Source: an uncultured Candidatus Saccharibacteria bacterium (GTDB lineage: Bacteria > Patescibacteriota > DYJS01 > CAYMEI01). Taken from it: DNA of 32,091 nucleotides. Shown here in pieces: positions 26,358-32,091 of the stretch. Within the stretch, counting starts at the first letter, position 1, and every line of letters starts with the position of its first letter. The DNA is taken from assembly GCA_964389605.1 (NCBI GenBank), contig CAYMEI010000003.1, positions 1 through 32,091 of the forward strand. Direction: 5' to 3'. Under the pieces are notes generated by a model. It was not told where the DNA came from. It worked only from the letters and a program-made list of their open reading frames with translations, and did not search any database. Position numbers and translations under genes: made by a program.

Positions 26358-27135
26358 CAATTGTTTCTTAACTAAACTATGTTAAGCGGATAGAATTTGC
26401 GATTCTACCTCCTGCATATCTCTATGCAGATCGGACTATCTCTTCATCCTTATTTTTATTATCAATTTTCTTAAGTATTTCTTCTTTAGCTTCCATTGTA
26501 ACTTGTTTGCTTCGTTTATTCATAGTTGAAGAAATATCTATTATTTTAACGATGCCTTGCAAATCCAGATGATATTTTTTATTTATCATTAGATTGACTA
26601 CTTTGGAAAACTTAAGAAAATCCAATTGTTTCTTGGTCTGCAATTTATACTTGAAAAAGAATGGTATAACTTTTTGATGTAAGAAATTTATATTTCTTAT
26701 TCTAAGCTCAAACCTGTCTTCATGATTAGATCTTACCACTCCAGAACCAAAAAAATCTCTGATCCTGTACAGTAGTTGCACATCTATTTTGTGCTGAACT
26801 ATCCTGAATTCGGGTAAAACTTGATAACCAAGAAGAGTATGATTATTCTTATTTATACCTACATAAAAAGTACCTTCTCCATCAGTAAAACCTGCAATCC
26901 AGTTTGAATCCAGCTTTTTCATTTTTATTTATAAAAGGATGTCTGGCGTATAGTCTCTGAGGATCCTGCAAGATTGAACTTGCAGTTTCCTGCTGATTGT
27001 CTGTATCAAGATGATTTTTACTTTTAAGCTGAACTATAAAAACAACTTAATGAGTACACCTTGCCTAACCAGATGTTTCAGCATACAGCCAGATGTTTAC
27101 CTGATTATTACTAACCAGGGAGGCAGCAAAATTCT
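26358..27135 (-). mobile_element. Group I intron at 23S position 1931 (E. coli numbering)
   Basis: The 5' exon ends ...GCUAAGGU and the 3' exon resumes AGCGAAAUUCC. The intron ends in G. GCCU near the intron 5' end can pair with exon AGGU. Confidence 0.75.
26422..26922 (-). CDS. LAGLIDADG homing endonuclease (single-motif) in intron L1931
   Basis: Reads LDSNWIAGFTDGEGTFYV... and VIPFFFKYKLQTKKQLDFLKF. 166 aa. Confidence 0.85.
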   Translation of the reverse strand: MKKLDSNWIAGFTDGEGTFYVGINKNNHTLLGYQVLPEFRIVQHKIDVQLLYRIRDFFGSGVVRSNHEDRFELRIRNINFLHQKVIPFFFKYKLQTKKQLDFLKFSKVVNLMINKKYHLDLQGIVKIIDISSTMNKRSKQVTMEAKEEILKKIDNKNKDEEIVRSA

Positions 27136-27945
27136 ACCTTAGCACCCTCAGGATTAGGGCGGGCGTTCACCGGACATTAAGTTCAAAGCTAGGCGATATT
27201 TCTATCGCTTCACCAATCCCCATAAGTTACCGGCACTGGCCAGGCTTCAGTCCCTATACTTCCTCTTACGAGTTTGCAGAGACCTGTGTTTTTGATAAAC
27301 AGTCCCCTGAGCACTTTTGCTGCGACCACCCCGTAGGGTGGCAAGCCATATCCCAAAGTTACGGCTGCTTTTTTGCCGAGTTCCTTTCCAAGGATTCTCT
27401 CGTATGCCTGAGTCTCCTCGACTCATCTACCAGTGTCGGTTTGCGGTACGGTTTGAATATTTCACATAACGAGGTTTTTCTAGCCTCCACCTTCCCGGAA
27501 GTTGCGATTTCTCACTTCCACTCGGTGCACTGATTATAGTAACGGATTTTCCTGTTACCCACAGAAACACCTTAGACGCCCATAGCCAAAGGACGCTTCC
27601 AGCTTGGCAAAGGGTCACCCCTTTATGTATAGAAATATCCAAGTACAGGAATATTAACCTGTTATCCATCGAGTATACCTTTCGGGATCCCCTTAGGACC
27701 GACTAACCCTCCGCTGAACTACATGACGGAGGAAACCTTAGATTTTCGGCATATCAGATTCTCACTGATAAATACACTACTAATGCCAACATACTCACTT
27801 GTAACCGCTCCACAGTTCCTCACAGACACTGCTTCACCGCTGTTACAACGCTCTCCTACCACTCAAAAAAATTGAGTCCCTTTCTTCGGCGTATGATTTT
27901 AGTCCCGATATATTTTCTGCGCATAGCAACTAGACTAGTGAGCTG

Positions 27946-27988
<43 letters not shown>

Positions 27989-29102
27989 AGTTGTTTCAGT
28001 CGCTACACAACATTTAAAACACTTAATCATAACTTAGGGGCCTTATAAGAAGGTCTGGGCTGTTTCCCTTTCGACTGTGGAGCTTCGCCCCCACAGTCTA
28101 ACTCTCAGTTGAACAATGCATATTCGGAGATTATCTGATAATTGTACAGTTTCCCGCCGCATATCAAACAGTAGCTCTACCCTACATTGAATTTAAAACT
28201 GAGGCTAGCCGTAAAGCTATTTCGGAGAGAACCAGCTATCTCCAAGCTCGATAGGCATTTCACCACTAACCACAAGTCATCCGAGCCATTTGCACCTGAC
28301 ACCGGTTCGGTCCTCCAGTACCTGTTACAGTACCTTCAACCTGCTCATGGTTAGATCGCTTGGTTTCGGGTCTAGCGATACAAACTTACGCTTTTTACAG
28401 CTCGCTTTCACTACGACTACAACATTATATGTCTTAACCTTGCTTGTACCGACTAACTCGTTGGCCCATTATGCAAAAGGTACACCGTCAGAGTTAAACT
28501 CCTCCGGCTAGTTATCTGCAAGGTGGTTTCAGGTTCTATTTCACTCCCCTTATTGGGGTTCTTTTCACCTTTCGCTCGCGCTACTAATCTCTATCGGTCA
28601 TTAAATGTGTTTAGCCTTAGACCTTGGCCGGCCTAGCTTCCAACGGAACTACCGTATACCGTTGTACTTAAGAGCTTACATTGTTTTGTTATTGCATTCC
28701 ATACAAGACTATCACTCTCTATGGTTAACTTTCCCAAGTTATTCTGGTTTACAATAACAAGACTTACCTTCATCCACATCCGGTGTGTAAGTCTTGCAAC
28801 ACCTAGTTGAGCATAAGTTGTGGAACCGTTTAGCTCAGCAGGTTTAGGCTTTTCCCTGTTCGCTCACCGCTACTGAGAGAATCTCATTCGATTTCTTTTC
28901 CTCCGCTTAATAAGATGATTCAGTTCAGCGAGTTCCTTCCGGAAGCTAAAGCTTCCGGTGCCAAGAATTCTTGGCGGGTCGATTCCCATTCCCACACCTC
29001 TGGATCAATGTCTGCTTGTCGACTTCCCAGAGATTTCGGCGACTACACCGTGGTTCATCAGCATTTAATGCCTAGGCATCCACCACCTGCATTAGTTTTA
29101 GT

Positions 29103-29141
29103 ATTTTTTATATTAGCCCTCCATGAAACTGGATATAAATT
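29103..29141 (-). other. 5' strand of the 23S precursor processing stem
   Basis: The reverse complement AATTTATATCCAGTTTCATGGAGGGCTAATATAAAAAAT matches the plus-strand 24669-24706 (AATTTATATCCAGTAACATGAAGGCTAATATAAAAAAT). Confidence 0.7.
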
Positions 29142-29230
29142 AAAACTTTTTAATGTGCTTAACTGCTGTTACTGTTAAATTCTTTGACACTAACTTACTT
29201 AATGCTCAGAACTTACACTGCTTTTCTATG

Positions 29231-29304
29231 TGGAGCTAAGGAGACTCGAACTCCTAACCTCCTGCATGCAAAGCAGATGCTCTAGCCAATTGAGCTATAG
29301 CCCC
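29231..29304 (-). tRNA. tRNA-Ala (anticodon UGC)
   Basis: The reverse complement reads GGGGCTATAGCTCAATTGGCTAGAGCATCTGCTTTGCATGCAGGAGGTTAGGAGTTCGAGTCTCCTTAGCTCCA. It has the G3-U70 identity pair and the anticodon loop TTTGCAT. It lies about 90 nt upstream of the 23S processing stem. Confidence 0.9.
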
Positions 29305-29367
29305 ATTTTTTATTTTTACAGTACACGCTCACACTAATAACTTTAAAAATAAAATCAAGCCCTTTTA

Positions 29368-30354
29368 TTATTCTCTGCTCTCTTTTTCTTCTGAGTCTCT
29401 TTTTATCTTTAGATCAGAGTTTTCTACTATGGTCCCATCAGAACTGTCCGATACAGCTCCAGACTCAAGAGACCCCGATGCAGGTGAATGCTCTTCCTCC
29501 TGTCGCCTCATTGAATTCATTATCTTTCGTCTTTTTGATCTTCTGTAAAAAATAGCACCTGCAAGCAAGACTATCAACAAAGAAACTATCATGGCTATAG
29601 CTAAAGGATTGGTCAGGAAGTCTACAATCTTATCTTCTTTTTCTCTTTCTTCTTCTCTCACTGTCTGAGGCGATAGCTGCCTTTTAAGAGTTTCTATACT
29701 TGGCCTCTGCCCAAATACCTTTCTTGAGTTTCTGGTAAAATCATCATAACTGAAACCGGCAACAGAACCGCTTTCTTCTACTACTAAAGCATTTCCAAGG
29801 TCAACCAAGAATCTTTTGTCCTCTGTGGGCTCAGCATTACTAATCTTACCCACAAGATTACTATTAGAAACTATCAAGCCCACCTGAGACAAATCACCTA
29901 CTTCGTTTATCATTCTTTGCTGAAGATCAATTTTTTCATTAGTTGTAACAACCTTCAAAGAATAACCCTGAATCTCAGACACTTGGTACCTTTCCGAGCT
30001 GGATGTACTTGTGTTTTCATAGATAAAAATATCCGACTTCCCACCCAAGGCAGAATAAGCACATACTTTTTGTGCTTTTTGCTTACACACTACGGTTCCA
30101 AGAGGCTGCATGTTATTTAATCTAGGTAAATCTACATATACAGAAGGGGCAAAATCAATTGTAAGAGTTCTATAGTCGGCAAAGTTGTCTTGTATAACCG
30201 GGTCTTCTATTGGAATCTCTGTTGCAGGAGTATCCGTCGTATCATTCTGTGTAGGATCCGAGAAAAAGTCATCTCCTTGGGACAACCCGCTTGCAGGAGC
30301 AAAGAATACAAATATAAAAGTTGTTAATGCCCAAAATCTTGTATTTTTATTCAT
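29368..30354 (-). CDS. Type I membrane protein, unknown function
   Basis: Signal peptide MNKNTRFWALTTFIFVFFAPASG. A C-proximal transmembrane helix LAIAMIVSLLIVLLAGAIFY is followed by RRSKRRK and an acidic, Ser-rich tail. Confidence 0.7.
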   Translation of the reverse strand: MNKNTRFWALTTFIFVFFAPASGLSQGDDFFSDPTQNDTTDTPATEIPIEDPVIQDNFADYRTLTIDFAPSVYVDLPRLNNMQPLGTVVCKQKAQKVCAYSALGGKSDIFIYENTSTSSSERYQVSEIQGYSLKVVTTNEKIDLQQRMINEVGDLSQVGLIVSNSNLVGKISNAEPTEDKRFLVDLGNALVVEESGSVAGFSYDDFTRNSRKVFGQRPSIETLKRQLSPQTVREEEREKEDKIVDFLTNPLAIAMIVSLLIVLLAGAIFYRRSKRRKIMNSMRRQEEEHSPASGSLESGAVSDSSDGTIVENSDLKIKRDSEEKESRE

Positions 30355-30731
30355 CTCTACTCATCTTTTAAAAGTTAAAAAATAAAAATAAAATGTTCAG
30401 GCTGATTTGATATAAAAACCTTTCAAAAAAATACTGAATTGTTGCTGTGTATTTATCTTTATGGTGTAATTTTTTCCATTCTACACGGTCCCACTGTCCG
30501 CTTCTTTTGCTTCTCCCCTGCTGGTATGGTCAAGATTGTGGTCCAATAAGCATCCCCGGATAATATTAAGCGTTTCCTGTATAGAACCTGCACCAGACAC
30601 GCTTAACCTTAACCCTCCCGTGTTTCTATTGTAGCTTGTTTTATCCCTGCAGTCTACTTCTCTGGTCGCTCCTTTTTTTCTTTTCTTACCTCTCCCAACA
30701 CTCACTCCAACACTGTTTTAATCTTTATTAC

Positions 30732-31180
30732 GGGGGGGGCGGGGTTCTCCCGCCCCCCCCTACAATTATATAATAGTAGCGAAGCTAATTCCCCCTCCCG
30801 TAACCTTAACAGGCGGCTAAAGCACGCCTTAAGCGGTTACACCTTAACAGGCGGCTAAAGCACGCCTTAAGCGGTTACAGGGGTGGACACCGAAGGTGGA
30901 CGGGGTAGTCCCTGATCAAAACCTGAAAAACACCCCGCCTGGCAAGCCAGGCACCCCTCTACAGAGGGGAACTTAGTGCGATCTTCTACACACTCAAGTG
31001 ATAGTAGCGAAGCTAATTCCCCTCTAAAGCAGCTTTGGGTGTGCGTAAGCCACCCCAATAAGGTGCGATAGGGGTGGCAGGCGGAGCCTGACGGGGTGGA
31101 TTAAAACAGTGACGGGCGGACACGGGTCCGCCCCTGCAATAATAATACAACTGGATATTAAGGGCGGGAGAACCCCGCCC
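30732..31180. repeat. Mosaic array of GC-rich hairpin modules (REP/BIME-like), same family as 15831-16050
   Basis: Bounded by a 12-bp G/C hairpin (30732-30760) and a 7-bp hairpin (31162-31180), each followed by TACAAT(T/A)ATATAAT. The internal modules match 15831-16050 in both orientations (coordinates are given in the findings). Confidence 0.8.
30803..30878. repeat. Perfect tandem duplication, 38 bp x 2
   Basis: ACCTTAACAGGCGGCTAAAGCACGCCTTAAGCGGTTAC occurs at 30803-30840 and again at 30841-30878. Each unit holds the hairpin AGGCG-9nt-CGCCT. Confidence 0.9.
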
Positions 31181-31220
31181 TTACAATAATATAATTAGAT
31201 GTTAAAGATAAAATATATAT

Positions 31221-31270
31221 ATAATCATAGCCAGTCATTTAATCATTAAGAATCATAGCTCATGATAATA
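31221..31270. promoter_or_regulatory. Cluster of Fur-box-like hexamers
   Basis: AATCAT occurs at 31223, 31241 and 31251, and the inverted ATGATA at 31262. These resemble the NATWAT hexamer array of Fur boxes. The cluster is about 270 nt upstream of the fur-family gene. Confidence 0.3.
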
Positions 31271-31537
31271 GAACATAGTAATATATCCGCTTGGGATTTT
31301 TAAAGATATGGGTAAGGGTGGTGTTTTTACATCTTATGATCCACATTTATAAGTACTTCTTGGTCCAACACTGATTTACCAGGGGATAAATGTAAAAGAT
31401 TAACATATGCACCCTCTGTATTGTAATTTTTATGATTTGAGTTATTTTTTAAATGAAACTGTGTTTTTTAGTAATCTCTGTGTTATTTTCAGGGATTATT
31501 TTCAGGCAGGTAAAGACTGGTTATTAAAGCAAGAACA

Positions 31538-31909
31538 TTGAGAACAACAAAGAAAAGACAGAAAATCTTAAATTTATTCAAAACTCATAAATTTTTGAAT
31601 GCTGACGAGATTATAAAAATGCTTCCAGATATTGACCCGGCTACAATTTATCGGGGACTTAAAGTTCTCAGTGCTGAAAAACTTATAAGAGAAGTAGGCA
31701 TAGAAAAAACAAGAGCCAATTATGAGCTTAATCAGGGTAATCATCAGTATTTTAAATGTTCCTTGTGCGGAGAAGTTTACAGGATATATGATTTCAGAGC
31801 AGAGATAACCCAGGAGATGAAAAAACTTGGTTTAAGCATTGATTCATATGAGCTTATTATCAGAGGGAAGTGTAAAAAGTGTAAAGAAGAAGAGCTTTCA
31901 CTTGACTAG
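31538..31909 (+). CDS. Fur-family transcriptional regulator (short form)
   Basis: RTTKKRQKILNLF...NADEI...IDPATIYRGLKVLSAEKLIREV matches the Fur winged helix (aTVYR.L..l...Gl). It has two CxxC pairs (CSLCGE, CKKC). TTG start, TAG stop. Confidence 0.75.
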   Translation: MRTTKKRQKILNLFKTHKFLNADEIIKMLPDIDPATIYRGLKVLSAEKLIREVGIEKTRANYELNQGNHQYFKCSLCGEVYRIYDFRAEITQEMKKLGLSIDSYELIIRGKCKKCKEEELSLD

Positions 31910-32091
31910 ACTCTTTTTGCCGGATGAAAACTTGCACGGTATTTTGTGATGATAATATCGTCTTCTTTGGAGCTTATATTGCTTAGAATTTTAATAAGTT
32001 GAACTATTTTCAATAAACTTTCGCTTAAAGATGACCTTTTCTTGTATATCTGGCTCAAAGAAGCACAGTATCTACTTGTGTTTAATAGTTT
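31906..32091 (-). CDS. 3' end of an unidentified gene running off the window
   Basis: The minus-strand frame is open from the window edge to TAG (plus-strand CTA at 31906-31908), convergent with and overlapping the fur stop. It has 61 codons and no recognised motif. Confidence 0.3.
   Translation of the reverse strand, partial: KLLNTSRYCASLSQIYKKRSSLSESLLKIVQLIKILSNISSKEDDIIITKYRASFHPAKRV

Noticed and set aside
30481-30705. RNase P RNA, tmRNA, SRP RNA or 6S RNA.
   Set aside because: None of the hallmark strings are present on either strand (GGAAAGTCCGG and ACAGAA.CCGGCTTA for RNase P, the tmRNA tRNA-like ends or tag ORF, the SRP GGAA/AGCA motifs).
30803-30878. Tandem 38-bp repeat as a CRISPR array.
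   Set aside because: There are only two abutting units with no spacers, and no cas genes in the window. The unit belongs to the hairpin-module family.
30481-31058. ORFs 30481..30705 and 30867..31058 as protein genes.
   Set aside because: They are translations of GC-rich repeat modules and hairpins. They use TTG or weak starts and have non-protein-like composition.

Overview
This is an AT-rich bacterial chromosome segment. The rRNA introns and small, poorly conserved genes suggest a CPR-like or other uncultivated lineage, but that is inference only. The window has five parts.

(1) 1-3120 is a debris zone. It holds a broken LTD/CBM surface-protein gene, an IS1595-group transposase stub and a truncated, amber-interrupted HD-GYP gene.

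(2) 3163-12600 is a tRNA-Gln-linked mobile island. It carries a rep-like gene, an excisionase-type HTH gene and a frameshifted large serine recombinase. It also carries a Type III restriction-modification (RM) operon (mod, DUF4145 zinc-ribbon gene, res with an in-frame TAG) and two unknown genes.

(3) 13279-17006 is a multiply disrupted Type IIG/ISP-like RM gene. It contains an in-frame DUF559 (Vsr-like) endonuclease cassette built from GC-rich hairpin modules.

(4) 16992-23772 is housekeeping: MacB/FtsX-type ABC transporter genes, an AI-2E family transporter, an AlaRS editing-domain fragment and a lipoprotein.

(5) 24293-29304 (minus strand) is a tRNA-Ala, 23S, 5S rRNA unit. The 23S gene carries two group I introns at E. 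coli positions 1931 and 1951, separated by a 20-nt exon. Each intron encodes a single-motif LAGLIDADG homing endonuclease.

A second mosaic of the same GC-rich hairpin modules lies at 30732-31180, next to a Fur-family regulator gene. The modules differ between copies by compensatory stem changes.

The candidate novel system is this hairpin-module plus DUF559 element family. No CRISPR array or cas genes were seen. Product calls come from motif recognition by eye; no database search was run.
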